Assembly: GCA_963692525.1 (NCBI GenBank)
Contig: OY829953.1
Span: 3,908,720 to 3,972,719, forward strand
Direction: 5' to 3'
From: Opitutales bacterium
GTDB taxonomy: Bacteria; Verrucomicrobiota; Verrucomicrobiia; Opitutales; PNEW01
Length of the DNA: 64,000 bases
Both the position numbers and the translations under genes were made by a program. Shown here one piece after another: positions 30,293 through 39,857 of the stretch; position 1 is the stretch's first letter; every line of letters starts with the position of its first letter. A model generated the notes under the pieces. It was given only the letters and a program-made list of their open reading frames with translations, was not told the origin of the DNA and did no database searches.

Positions 30293-30345
30293 TTTTAGAT
30301 TATGCTGATCGGGTCTCTTTCTTTTAATCAATTACTTAGTGGAAA

Positions 30346-31531
30346 TTGAAAATCACGTCTATCAGCCCGTGGATAATAAATGTTCCATGGATGAAGCGTG
30401 TCGGTGAACCGAGCGCCAAAGATCGTCAATACTTCTTTGTCGAAGTTGACACCGATGAAGGCCTGATCGGTTGGGGGGAAATTACAACCTATCCCGGCCC
30501 AACGGCAAATCTAGCCGTGGCTTCCATGGTAAGGGAAATTGGTAAGGGATTAATTGGTCGTGATCCTTCTCATATCGAAACGTTGTGGCAGGAAACACTC
30601 AGGTCTTTGACTTATGTCGGTATACGAGGAGCAGCAAGTGCCGTGGTCAGCGCTATCGACATTGCGCTCTGGGACATTCGAGGAAAAGTTCTCGACCAAC
30701 CTATCTACATGCTGCTTGGTGGACCCGTCAGGGACCGAATCGGTCTATACTGTCACCCACCACAACCAGAGAATCCTGTAACTGCGGCAGCGGACGCGAA
30801 AGCTATTGTTGAATCAGGGCATCGCGCATTTAAATTCGACCCTTTCATGCACGCAATTCCTGAAGGAAATGCCGCTTACATGGATGGACAGATTTCAATT
30901 AAGGGAGCAGAAGAGGCAACTGAAATTACGGCAGCAATCAGAGAAGCAGTAGGCCCAAGCATTGAACTGCTTATTGATGCCCACGGTAAATATAACGTCC
31001 CCACTGCCATTGATCTTGCCCGAAGGATTGAGCCTTATGACATATTCTGGTTTGAGGAACCTTGCCCACCTGAAAGCTATCACGCGCTTAAGCAGGTGCG
31101 GGGGAAAAATAAACCTGAAGATCTCGGTCGGCGAAAGGCTATACACACGGTTTGAATTCATTCCTATATTTGAAGACAATCTCGCTGATTATATAATGCC
31201 TGACGTGACATGGACGGGCGGCATCAGTGAGCTTAAAAAGATCTCTACCCTGGCGGAGAGTTACTATATACCGGTTTCACCCCACGACGCCAGCGGGCCG
31301 ATTAACGTTATCGCAGGAGCCCAAGTGATGATGACGGTACCGAATTTCTATAAACTGGAGACGAGTAAGTACGACTTAAGTGACTATAATCCTTTTATTG
31401 ACTACCCATTAGATATCAGAAATGGAGATCTCTATCTTTCAGATCGACCGGGTCTTGGAATCAACCTCGATCGTGAATACATGAGTGCGCACGCAATGGA
31501 GGATTTTGCCGGACCCAAATCTTCTCAATAG
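30346..31531 (+). pseudogene. Enolase-superfamily MR/MLE enzyme interrupted by a 1-nt frameshift
   Basis: ORF 30346..31155 (N-terminal capping domain plus the start of the barrel, ...FWFEEPCPPE...LKQVRG) continues in the +1 phase as ORF 30962..31531 (KINLKISVGERLY...PDVTWTGGISE...). The join lies in the G5A5 run at 31100-31109; removing one base restores a single ~394-aa frame. Confidence 0.8.
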
Positions 31532-31577
31532 AGAATATCGCTGGTAGTTTTATCCCCGAAAAAGCATAGGACAAGTA

Positions 31578-33035
31578 ATGACAGATAATGGGCAAGATTT
31601 CGATTCCCGTCGTCTCGACCTGGCTGCTGATCCCTATCGTCCTCTCTATCATTTCCTGCCCCCGGCCAACTGGATGAATGATCCCAACGGCGCGATCTAT
31701 TGGAAAGGGAAATACCATTTATTCTACCAGTACAACCCCCATGGCTCTTTCCATGGCACCATGCATTGGGGACATACCGTAAGCGAAGATCTTGTCGTTT
31801 GGAAAGATTTGCCTATTGCCCTCTCACTGAACCCGGGCGAACCCGACGAGGGCGGCTGCTACAGCGGCGGTGCTTTTGATAACGATGGAGTCCCCACTTT
31901 CATTTATTACGGTAAAGATGCGGGTAATTGCATCGCGACAGGTGATGACGAATTAATCAACTGGAAGAAACATCCCGCTAACCCGGTGATTCCTCATCCC
32001 CCGAAAGGACAGGAAGAATGGGAACCTTTCGATCCTTGTGCATGGCGAGAAGATGATACCTGGTATTCGCTTTCTGGTGGCAGTTTCGAAGGGATTGGTG
32101 ACATCGCGTTCCTTTTTAAATCTGATGATTTAATTCATTGGGATTACATGCATCCTTTTTATGAAGGATATGAAGGCAAACCCCGTGAGTCCGACTGTGC
32201 CGTACCTGATTTCTTCCCGCTTGGAAATAAGCACATGTTGCTTTTCTCCAGTCACGCGCGAGGCCCACAGTATTATATCGGTACCTATCGCGATCATCGA
32301 TTTTACATTGAGAAGCATGGCAGGATGAATTACGGCGACTTTAACCTCGAAAGCGGTAATTTATCCGCAACGATAACTTTAAAAGATGATCAGGGCCGTC
32401 GTATTTTATTTGGTTGGATCGCAGAAGGGCGCAAATACAGAAGTCAACATGAGGCGGGTTGGGCGGGTATCGCATCCATTCCAAGAATACTCTCGCTGGA
32501 CAATGAAAACAATCTTTGCATTAAACCGGTACCCGAACTGGAGCAGCTTCGGCGCGAGCATCGTTCCTATACAAACCTTCAAATCTCATCGAATACATGT
32601 GCGATGATTGATGGAATTAAAGGAGACTGTCTTGAGATAGATGCAGAATTTGAACCGTGCGATGCGAATGAATTCGGTATTAATGTGCGGTGCTCTCCCG
32701 ATGGCAATGAGTTTACACGTATTGCTTATAATCAAGAACGTGACTGTTTGGAACTCGATCCAGAGTGGTCCAGCTTAAGTAAGGAAGTTGGTAATCTGAG
32801 TATCCAACGAGGCCCATTCAAACTCCGCGCGGGAGAAAGTTTAAAGTTACATATTTATTGTGATCGTTCTGTAATCGAAGTTTTCGCTAATAATCGGCAA
32901 TGCTTGACCAAACGGATCTACCCCGTCCGTGCAGATAGTCTCGCGCTGTCTCTCTTTTCTCAAAGCGGGGATGCCAAAGTACGATCGCTCAATATCTGGA
33001 AGATGGCGGCGATCTGGCCAACCGTAAATACCTGA
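31578..33035 (+). CDS. Glycoside hydrolase family 32 (beta-fructofuranosidase/levanase-like)
   Basis: NWMNDPNGAIYWKGKYHLFYQYNP nucleophile motif, a five-blade-propeller-like N part and a beta-sandwich C part. Confidence 0.9.
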   Translation: MTDNGQDFDSRRLDLAADPYRPLYHFLPPANWMNDPNGAIYWKGKYHLFYQYNPHGSFHGTMHWGHTVSEDLVVWKDLPIALSLNPGEPDEGGCYSGGAFDNDGVPTFIYYGKDAGNCIATGDDELINWKKHPANPVIPHPPKGQEEWEPFDPCAWREDDTWYSLSGGSFEGIGDIAFLFKSDDLIHWDYMHPFYEGYEGKPRESDCAVPDFFPLGNKHMLLFSSHARGPQYYIGTYRDHRFYIEKHGRMNYGDFNLESGNLSATITLKDDQGRRILFGWIAEGRKYRSQHEAGWAGIASIPRILSLDNENNLCIKPVPELEQLRREHRSYTNLQISSNTCAMIDGIKGDCLEIDAEFEPCDANEFGINVRCSPDGNEFTRIAYNQERDCLELDPEWSSLSKEVGNLSIQRGPFKLRAGESLKLHIYCDRSVIEVFANNRQCLTKRIYPVRADSLALSLFSQSGDAKVRSLNIWKMAAIWPTVNT

Positions 33036-33286
33036 ATATCAATTTTATGACAGGTATTTGGTAAAAAAATGTTAAAAGTTACTCCCCATGCATGATTAGG
33101 GTGTTTTACCTAGACATTTTTAAGTAACTTCCTTATTTTTTTGTTAAAAATAAAGCTCGGTTAATTTTGAATCCCCTATGAAACGGGTGGTTGCTTAAGG
33201 TAAGATTCATTTCTCCGATTTAACTATTTGAATGATCAGCACGGCGAGAGCCATTTTCAATATTACACAGAAAAGAGGAAAAACCA

Positions 33287-33964
33287 ATGGAATGGTACTA
33301 TGTAATGCACAATGAACAGGTCGGACCTATAGGGACTGAAGCTGTTAAGTCACTTTTAATGCAAGGGACACTTACCACAGAGGATTATGTCTGGAACGAA
33401 AAGCTAGGAGCTGACTGGGTCCCTATAGATGAGATCACAGAGTTTAGCGGTTCAAAAAATGATCCCGTAAATAATCTATCCTCAAGTGAAGGAGATGATT
33501 ATGGTAATGAGGATATTTCTACGGGAAAATATAGTATCGATCAGGTTGCCCACCATATAAACGTTCGCATGGCAGAAGGAGTTTCGAAAAATAAAATATT
33601 ACGTGAGCTGTCAGAAAATGGTGTGGCAGAAAAAATAGGATTTCAGCTTATACAAGAAGTAAACAGAAATCGGCATTCGGAACACCGAAGCGCTGGTTTG
33701 TTTCACATTTTTATCGGTATTGGCAGTATTATTGGTGGTCTCGCATTAAGCCTCGTCTTTTCCAGTGTCCTCGGAATGCTCGGGTTTGGCGTCGTCTTTT
33801 ATGGATTAATTATCGTGGGCGTCCTCGAGAGTCTGAATGGTTTACGCTATCTCATTTTTGGCGCGCTGAAGTTATCCGCGTGCATACCTATACTGGCTAT
33901 TATATTTATATCAGGGACATTGGTTGCGCTCTGGTTTTATAATATACCAAGTGTCTCTTCCTGA
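33287..33964 (+). CDS. GYF_2-domain membrane protein
   Basis: N-terminal WYYVMHNEQVGPI...DYVWNEKLGADWVPIDEI (GYF-like) and a C-terminal half with about 3-4 TM helices. Confidence 0.6.
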   Translation: MEWYYVMHNEQVGPIGTEAVKSLLMQGTLTTEDYVWNEKLGADWVPIDEITEFSGSKNDPVNNLSSSEGDDYGNEDISTGKYSIDQVAHHINVRMAEGVSKNKILRELSENGVAEKIGFQLIQEVNRNRHSEHRSAGLFHIFIGIGSIIGGLALSLVFSSVLGMLGFGVVFYGLIIVGVLESLNGLRYLIFGALKLSACIPILAIIFISGTLVALWFYNIPSVSS

Positions 33965-33971
33965 ACCTAAG

Positions 33972-33990
33972 GAAGAAGGATCCCTTCTTC
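33972..33990 (+). terminator. Hairpin after GYF gene (weak terminator candidate)
   Basis: GAAGAAGG atc CCTTCTTC, 8 nt after the stop. No T tract follows. Confidence 0.25.
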
Positions 33991-34108
33991 TATGCTCAGG
34001 GCAGGTTGGGTTCTGGGTTCACCGTACTGGGTTCAAAGCTAGAACTATGGCGGTGTGATACAGAATTCACGACGCAGGTTACTAGATTTAATGATATTGA
34101 TTAAGAAA

Positions 34109-34266
34109 GATGGAACGCGCTGTCCCTAGCGCGTTAGTTATAAGTATTAATAATAGAAGCGCGCTGAGGACCAACATTCGCCAAGGCTATGGCAGGCAGG
34201 ACTTCGATGAGCTCCCTTCGGCATGAGCTCAGGGCCGAATGCAGCCGAATCGCAGCCCGCTCCACC
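34109..34266. repeat. Family-A core in inverted orientation, long-insert variant, no terminal repeats
   Basis: GATGGAACGCGCTGTCCCTAGCGCG ... CGCAGCCCGCTCCACC, carrying the extra TTCGGC/GCCGAA hairpin variant also seen at 63920-63965. Confidence 0.7.
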
Positions 34267-34290
34267 TAAAACGCGTTCGCGTCTTCAACG

Positions 34291-34322
34291 TTTTGACTTT
34301 TTGACCTTTTGACTTTTTGACT
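34291..34322 (+). repeat. (TTTTGACY)4 octamer array
   Basis: The same 32-mer as 22542-22573, located 76 nt upstream of ATG 34399. Confidence 0.9.
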
Positions 34323-34398
34323 TTTATCATATTACCCTCGGTTTGAAAAATACCGGGATATATATTTTATTAATAAATATGATGAAGGAGATTAAAGA

Positions 34399-35283
34399 AT
34401 GCAGTTGAAGACAGTGGGCTTGTTAAGTCCGGGTGAAATGGGTCATGTCGTCGCGAAAGTGCTCATCGAAGAGGGAATGCCGGTAGTCACCTGCCTTGAG
34501 GACCGCAGTGAGTTGACTCGATCGCTGGCGAAGGAGGTTGGGATCCGTGAAGTTGAATCCTACAATCAATTCGTGAGCGAATCGGATATGATTCTCTCCA
34601 TTCTGGTTCCCGCGGAAGCAAAGAAAGTGGCCGAGAAAGTAGTGGTGGCGACTAAAGCAACCGGTGATCAGATTATCTACGTGGACTGTAATGCCATTGC
34701 CCCAAATACGACAAAGTCGATAAATAAAATAGTAACTGAAGCGGGCAACCAATTTGTGGATGCAGGAATTATTGGACCTCCACCAAGAAAAAAAACGACT
34801 ACACGTTTTTATGCCTCGGGCAAGGATGCGGGTAAATTTAAAGAATTGAGAAACTACGGTCTCGATATCCGTGTCGTTGGACCGGAGATCGGTCAGGCTT
34901 CGGGATTAAAAATGTGCTATGCCGCATTAACAAAAGGAACGGCCGCGTTATCGACGGAATTATTAGTCGCCGCATCAAAAATGGGACTTATAAAACCATT
35001 AGCCGAAGAATTTCAATTAAGTCAGCTACAGCCCTATACTGCATTGGAACGCGGACTTCCCGGCATGCCGACTAAAGCGCGACGCTGGATAGGTGAGATG
35101 GAAGAGATAGCTAAAACCTTTGAAGACGTTGGATTGACACCAAAAATATACCAGGGTGCAGCGGAATTATACCAGTTTGTCGGTAAGTCTTCTCTGGCCG
35201 ATGAAACATTCGAGTCGCGCGATAAAGATCGAACCTTAATTGAAATGATAGATATCCTGAAGGATACCTTAGAGAAATCCTGA
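34399..35283 (+). CDS. NAD(P)-binding dehydrogenase (6-phosphogluconate-dehydrogenase-like N domain, DUF1932-like C domain)
   Basis: VGLLSPGEMGHVVAKVL Rossmann start with AAGGAG upstream; 294 aa. Confidence 0.6.
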   Translation: MQLKTVGLLSPGEMGHVVAKVLIEEGMPVVTCLEDRSELTRSLAKEVGIREVESYNQFVSESDMILSILVPAEAKKVAEKVVVATKATGDQIIYVDCNAIAPNTTKSINKIVTEAGNQFVDAGIIGPPPRKKTTTRFYASGKDAGKFKELRNYGLDIRVVGPEIGQASGLKMCYAALTKGTAALSTELLVAASKMGLIKPLAEEFQLSQLQPYTALERGLPGMPTKARRWIGEMEEIAKTFEDVGLTPKIYQGAAELYQFVGKSSLADETFESRDKDRTLIEMIDILKDTLEKS

Positions 35284-35448
35284 ATCTTAATCGTCGAGAT
35301 ACCGAGATGTAATTAACAGGTAATTGAAAAAAATAAAGTTGATGATTCAGGATTCGGGAAGACAGTGATCAGTCGCTTTCGTTGTCTCTGTGGTGAAATT
35401 AAAGTTGCTCGCATTTTGCACTTCTTTGTCATTGCGAAGGTGGAACGC

Positions 35449-35560
35449 GGTGTCCCTACCGCGTTTAATAGTTACATTGAGTTAAGAAGCGCACTGAGAT
35501 CAGCCGTCGCCAAGGCTATGTCGGACAGGACTTCGATGAGCTCAGCCGAATCGCGGCGTG
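35449..35560. repeat. Family-A partial element (inverted orientation, G/C hairpin allele)
   Basis: GGTGGAACGCGGTGTCCCTACCGCG ... ATCAGCCGTCGCCAAGGCTATGTCGGACAGGACTTCGATGAGCTCAGCCGAATCGC. Confidence 0.7.
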
Positions 35561-35632
35561 TTTTATTTTTGACAAAGATTGGGAGGAAGATGTCATTCAA
35601 ACCAAATTCTTATTTTCTTCACCGCATACACG

Positions 35633-35691
35633 CATTTGAGGATATCGGGCTTCGCCCTCGGCACGCTTCACCGCATTCACGCATAACCGCC
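35633..35691 (-). repeat. C unit (GTGCCGAGGGCGAAGCCCGATATCCTCAAATG on the minus strand) with flanking homology
   Basis: It matches 50201-50232 and 59361-59392, and ends 12 nt before ATG 35703. Confidence 0.8.
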
Positions 35692-35702
35692 TATACACAA
35701 CA

Positions 35703-36938
35703 ATGAGTCATTTTAAAAAAGTCTGTCTTGATTGTGAGCGGGAAGAAACCGACCCCATGGCGATGGTTTGCACCAGCTGCTCCGGACTACTCGGGTTTCA
35801 CTATAGTTTCAAAGACGTGAGCTGGGATGATCGTTTTCAACACAATATGTGGCGCTATTGGCCGCTTTTACCGATTAATGATCCCGGTAGCCTCATTACT
35901 CTCGATGAAGGAGGGACTCCCCTCCTATCCACCCGAGCCTATGGCAACCATGAGATTTATGTAAAAGACGAGACGCGAAATCCCACGGGGTCGCACAAGG
36001 ATCGCGCTCTATCAGTGGCCATAAATCATGGGAAAAGTATCGGTGCTGAAGTCACTTATATCGTATCGACGGGAAGCGCGGGCGTTTCCAATGCAGCCTT
36101 ATCGGCTCGTGCCGGGATGCGCAGTGTAATCGTAATGTGCGAGGGCACCCCGGCGGAAAGACTCTATCCCCTCTATATGCTGGGTGCTACTCTTGTGGAA
36201 GTCAGTGGCGATATTGATCCGGTTGTTGATCTAGTCGCTGATATCTGCCGTGAGCATGGACTCTACTCTACTTCCACAAGCAGAAAGACAAATCCCTACC
36301 AAAGCGAGGGGAACAAAACGATTGCCTATGAAATTGTCGAACAATTAGGCCGCGCACCGGATTGGATGGTAGTACCTGTCGGCGGCGGCGGGAGTATCTC
36401 TGGCATTTGGCGGGGGTTTTGTGATCTAAAAAAATTAAATATAATTACCGCATGCCCGAAGATGATCGGCGTGGTTCCACACGATTACAATGCATTGGAA
36501 ATTGCTTTTGATCAGGGCATAGCGAATTGGAATGATGTTTTGGCTATGCCCTTTGAAGATGCTCCACCCTCGGTCCTAGTAAAATTAGCTCACCCTTACC
36601 CCCCTGACCAACTTGAATCACCACGCGCGATAAAAGCCTCAGAGGGCTTTTTTATCTCGGTCACCGATGAAGAAGCGTTGAACGCTCAACAAAAAATCGG
36701 CCATAGTGAGGGTCTGTATATAGAACCTTCGAGCGGCGCTTGCCTCGCGGGGTTAAGTAAATTAGTAGACTCTGGAAAGCTACAGCCTAAAGATAGCGTT
36801 GTCGCGATGATCAGCGGATCCGGTTTCAGAGAGACCGCGACGACTATGGAATGTCGACCGCTAAAGAAACAGTCGACTGATCTAAAAGAGCTGTCAACGA
36901 CGCTCGTAAAAGCGGCGCAAGTGGAAAGCTTGACCTGA
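35703..36938 (+). CDS. Threonine-synthase-like PLP enzyme (Trp-synthase-beta fold) with N-terminal Cys4 ribbon
   Basis: CLDCE...CTSCSG zinc-ribbon-like start, NPTGSHKDR PLP-lysine motif and a GGGGSISG glycine loop. Confidence 0.75.
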   Translation: MSHFKKVCLDCEREETDPMAMVCTSCSGLLGFHYSFKDVSWDDRFQHNMWRYWPLLPINDPGSLITLDEGGTPLLSTRAYGNHEIYVKDETRNPTGSHKDRALSVAINHGKSIGAEVTYIVSTGSAGVSNAALSARAGMRSVIVMCEGTPAERLYPLYMLGATLVEVSGDIDPVVDLVADICREHGLYSTSTSRKTNPYQSEGNKTIAYEIVEQLGRAPDWMVVPVGGGGSISGIWRGFCDLKKLNIITACPKMIGVVPHDYNALEIAFDQGIANWNDVLAMPFEDAPPSVLVKLAHPYPPDQLESPRAIKASEGFFISVTDEEALNAQQKIGHSEGLYIEPSSGACLAGLSKLVDSGKLQPKDSVVAMISGSGFRETATTMECRPLKKQSTDLKELSTTLVKAAQVESLT

Positions 36939-36970
36939 CATTAAAATCTCTCAATAGATCCTATTAATCT

Positions 36971-37657
36971 ATGCCTGACTGGAATAACGACACTGAGCTT
37001 TTTGATCTCCTCAAACGTGAGTTATTTTCTGCCGTTGTTGGAGATGTCATGGATGATATAGACTTGTCCCATCAATTTTTGCCAAGACAGATACAGCCCT
37101 TGCGGGATGATATGATCGTCATTGGCAGAGCGATGCCCGTGCAGGAAGCAGATTACGGGGATAAGGCACCTTTCGAGAAAGGGCGCGATAAACCTTTCGG
37201 TTTAATGTTTAAAGCCCTGGACGATTTGAATGAGGGGGAAGTCTACATAACATCCGGAGCTTCACCAACCTATGCCCTTTGGGGGGAACTCATGAGTGTG
37301 CGCGCTATGAAAAGAAAAGCTGTGGGTGCTGTTGTAAACGGGGTTAGTCGTGATACGAACGGCATTTTGAAATTAAATTTTCCTACTTTTTCTACCGGTC
37401 GGTACGCGCAGGACCAGGGCGTTCGCGGTCGGGTCATCGACTTTCGCTGCAGGATCGAGTTCCCCAATGGAGTTGAGGTAAGCCCCGGCGATATTGTTTT
37501 TGGCGATATTGACGGTGTTGTCATCATTCCCAAGGAGCACGAGGAGGATGTAGTCAATCGCGCGCTGGAAAAAGTCAGAGGTGAGAACATGGTTCGAAAA
37601 TCCATTGAAGAGGGAATGCCCTCTCAGGAAGCCTTCGATACCTATGGGATTATGTAA
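36971..37657 (+). CDS. RraA-like protein (HMG/oxaloacetate aldolase-decarboxylase fold)
   Basis: Contains GELMSVRAMKRKAVGAVVNGVSRD and GDIDGVVIIP motifs. Confidence 0.75.
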   Translation: MPDWNNDTELFDLLKRELFSAVVGDVMDDIDLSHQFLPRQIQPLRDDMIVIGRAMPVQEADYGDKAPFEKGRDKPFGLMFKALDDLNEGEVYITSGASPTYALWGELMSVRAMKRKAVGAVVNGVSRDTNGILKLNFPTFSTGRYAQDQGVRGRVIDFRCRIEFPNGVEVSPGDIVFGDIDGVVIIPKEHEEDVVNRALEKVRGENMVRKSIEEGMPSQEAFDTYGIM

Positions 37658-37697
37658 GGGGTTTGCGGGCAGGTAGTAATTCTCATCATACAAATAA

Positions 37698-37807
37698 GCT
37701 TCGTCTTCGTCCAATTTATTTCTATACTCCCAGTAACCTATGAGCGAGTGTAGGATTAGATGAAGTCTAGTGTTTCACTAATCCTTGAATACTCTGAGAC
37801 GAAGATT
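37698..37807. mobile_element. Family-A short element (110 bp)
   Basis: GCTTCGTCTTCGTCC on the left and CTGAGACGAAGATT on the right, with an internal GGATTAG/CTAATCC inverted repeat. Confidence 0.5.
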
Positions 37808-37835
37808 ATTTCTCAGCCTGTTTCTTGCAACCCAA

Positions 37836-37995
37836 GGTGGAGCGGGCTGCCTGACCGCCATAGCCTTGGCGTCGGCTGGTTCCCTAGCACGCTTCTTCAT
37901 TTACGACTTCATACAACGCGCCGAAGATCAGCCGTCGCCAAGGCTATATCGGAGAGGACTTCGATGAGCTCAGCCGAATCGCAACACGTTCCACC
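37836..37995. repeat. Family-A core, fully palindromic form with a core module on both arms
   Basis: GGTGGAGCGGGCTGC + CCATAGCCTTGGCGTCGGCTGG + central hairpin + ATCAGCCGTCGCCAAGGCTATATCGG...GAGCTCAGCCGAATCGC + GTTCCACC. Confidence 0.7.
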
Positions 37996-38085
37996 ATGAT
38001 CCTATATTAAATAAGCGGGACGAAAGGGAATCACCCCTTACGCCCCTTAGTTTAAACTTAAAAACTGCTAACTATTTCCTACGCC

Positions 38086-39591
38086 TTACAATGCGACGAC
38101 AACGGCCTTAGTTTGGGTATAATTGTTTAGAACCTCGTGGCCCATTTCCCGACCCCAACCGGATTGTTTATAGCCGCCGAATGGCAGCGCGGCATCGAAT
38201 ACATTGTAACAATTTACCCATACCGTACCGGCTCGTAGTTCAGCGGCGGTCCGATGCGCTTTAGAAATATCACTGGTCCACACCGCGGCGGCTAAACCGT
38301 AGGAACTATCATTAGCGTTTTGGATAAGCGGGTCGCCTTCCTTAAAGGGTTCGACAACCACGACAGGTCCGAAAATTTCTTCCTTAACAATTTTCATATC
38401 TTGATTCGTCTTGGTATATACCGTGGGTTGGACGAAATACCCGGAATCACCGAGACGATTACCACCCGCAACTTGTTCGGCTCCTTGCTCGACACCTGAA
38501 GCCATATAGCCGCAGACGCGTTCCAATTGTTCGTCTGAAACGAGCGGTCCCATTTCAGTGTCGCCAGCTAAACCAGGCCCGACTTTTATATTGTTGGCGT
38601 GTTCTGCAACACCACTAAGGACATCATCAAAAACGTCGGCTTCAACAAACAAGCGCGAGCCCGCGCAACAGCATTGGCCGTGATTGAAAAAGATCGCGTT
38701 TGCGGCACCTTCGATCGCGGCTCCTAAATCGGGGACGTCTTTATAAAGAACATTGGGGGATTTTCCTCCTAATTCCAGAGTAAGCTTTTTTAAATTCCCT
38801 GCGGCGGCCTGAACAATGAGTTTACCGACTTCAGTTGAACCCGTGAATGCGACTTTATCCACCCCATCATGAGCGGCTAATGCCGCCCCGGCTTCACCAT
38901 AACCGGGCACAATATTAACAACACCATCGGGGACGCCAGCTTCCGCAAGAAGTTCACCCAGGCGTATTGCACTCAGAGGTGTCTGTTCAGCGGGTTTGAG
39001 GACAATACTATTTCCGGTTGTTAAGGCAGGCCCTAATTTCCAGGCAGCCATAAGCAATGGAAAATTCCAGGGAATGATCTGTCCGACAACACCAACCGGT
39101 TCTCTCATTGTGTAAGCGTGATAACTGCCCGGCATAGAAATCGGAATCGTATTGCCTTCAAGCTTTGTCGCCCATCCAGCCATATAATGAAAGAGATCAA
39201 TCGCGAGTGGCAGATCCGCAACACTGGCAACCGCTTTGGGTTTTCCATTGTCGATCGATTCCAGTTCGGCAAACTCTTCGGCATTCTCCGCGATGAGATC
39301 CCCAATTTTCCAAACAATACTTCCTCTTTCTGAAGGTGTTAAATTACGCCAGACCCCTTTCTCAAAAGAGTGCCTCGCCGCTGACACCGCGCGTTCGATA
39401 TCCTCTTTGTCACCCTCGGCGACTTGAGTAATTTCTTCCCCTGTTGCCGGATTATACACGGGGAATGTTTTACCGGACGCAGCGCCGACCCATTGGCCGT
39501 CGATCAGCATCTGTTTCGGTGATGAGATAAATTCCTTTGCTTTTGGAGAAAACCCGACTTCGGGAAATGCAGCTTCTTGTGTTGCGATCAT
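38086..39591 (-). CDS. NAD(P)-dependent aldehyde dehydrogenase
   Basis: Contains PWNFP, ELGGKSP and FFNHGQCCCAGSR (catalytic Cys region); 501 aa. Confidence 0.9.
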   Translation of the reverse strand: MIATQEAAFPEVGFSPKAKEFISSPKQMLIDGQWVGAASGKTFPVYNPATGEEITQVAEGDKEDIERAVSAARHSFEKGVWRNLTPSERGSIVWKIGDLIAENAEEFAELESIDNGKPKAVASVADLPLAIDLFHYMAGWATKLEGNTIPISMPGSYHAYTMREPVGVVGQIIPWNFPLLMAAWKLGPALTTGNSIVLKPAEQTPLSAIRLGELLAEAGVPDGVVNIVPGYGEAGAALAAHDGVDKVAFTGSTEVGKLIVQAAAGNLKKLTLELGGKSPNVLYKDVPDLGAAIEGAANAIFFNHGQCCCAGSRLFVEADVFDDVLSGVAEHANNIKVGPGLAGDTEMGPLVSDEQLERVCGYMASGVEQGAEQVAGGNRLGDSGYFVQPTVYTKTNQDMKIVKEEIFGPVVVVEPFKEGDPLIQNANDSSYGLAAAVWTSDISKAHRTAAELRAGTVWVNCYNVFDAALPFGGYKQSGWGREMGHEVLNNYTQTKAVVVAL

Positions 39592-39857
39592 GTCCTATTC
39601 CTTTCTTGTTGAGAGCTTGTTTATCCTAAAACGATAGCTATAATATGATCACAACAATGACTTTTTCCAATTAAAATCAGTATTTGATCATATTTTTATC
39701 CATGTCCGCTGAATGTGCCCCCTGATGTGCTATGCCGCTTCATTTCTCACCATGACAAGAGAATAATATGGCTTCTCATTTATCTATTTGCTTAGATTTA
39801 CCCTACTTTCAACTGAATAATTGAACCATTCTTTAAACTGGAAACCGTAAAAACCCG

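Noticed and set aside
31095-31112. Programmed -1 ribosomal frameshift on G GGA AAA
   Set aside because: The downstream frame is +1 relative to the upstream one, not -1. There is no obvious downstream pseudoknot. A single-base homopolymer indel, real or a sequencing error, is the simpler explanation.
34291-34322. Interpreting TTGAC repeats as stacked -35 promoter boxes
   Set aside because: I found no -10-like hexamer at 16-18 nt from the last TTGAC at any locus. Several arrays lie at 3' ends of genes or as inverted pairs, which a promoter model does not explain.
35365-35706. 113-aa ORF in the ORF track
   Set aside because: It runs through a family-A copy and a C unit. Its SAVAKAMSDRTSMSSAES segment reappears in ORFs 26503..26727 (minus strand) and 37760..37999 only because the DNA repeat is shared. 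Copies occur in both orientations and in different frames, so this is not a protein family.
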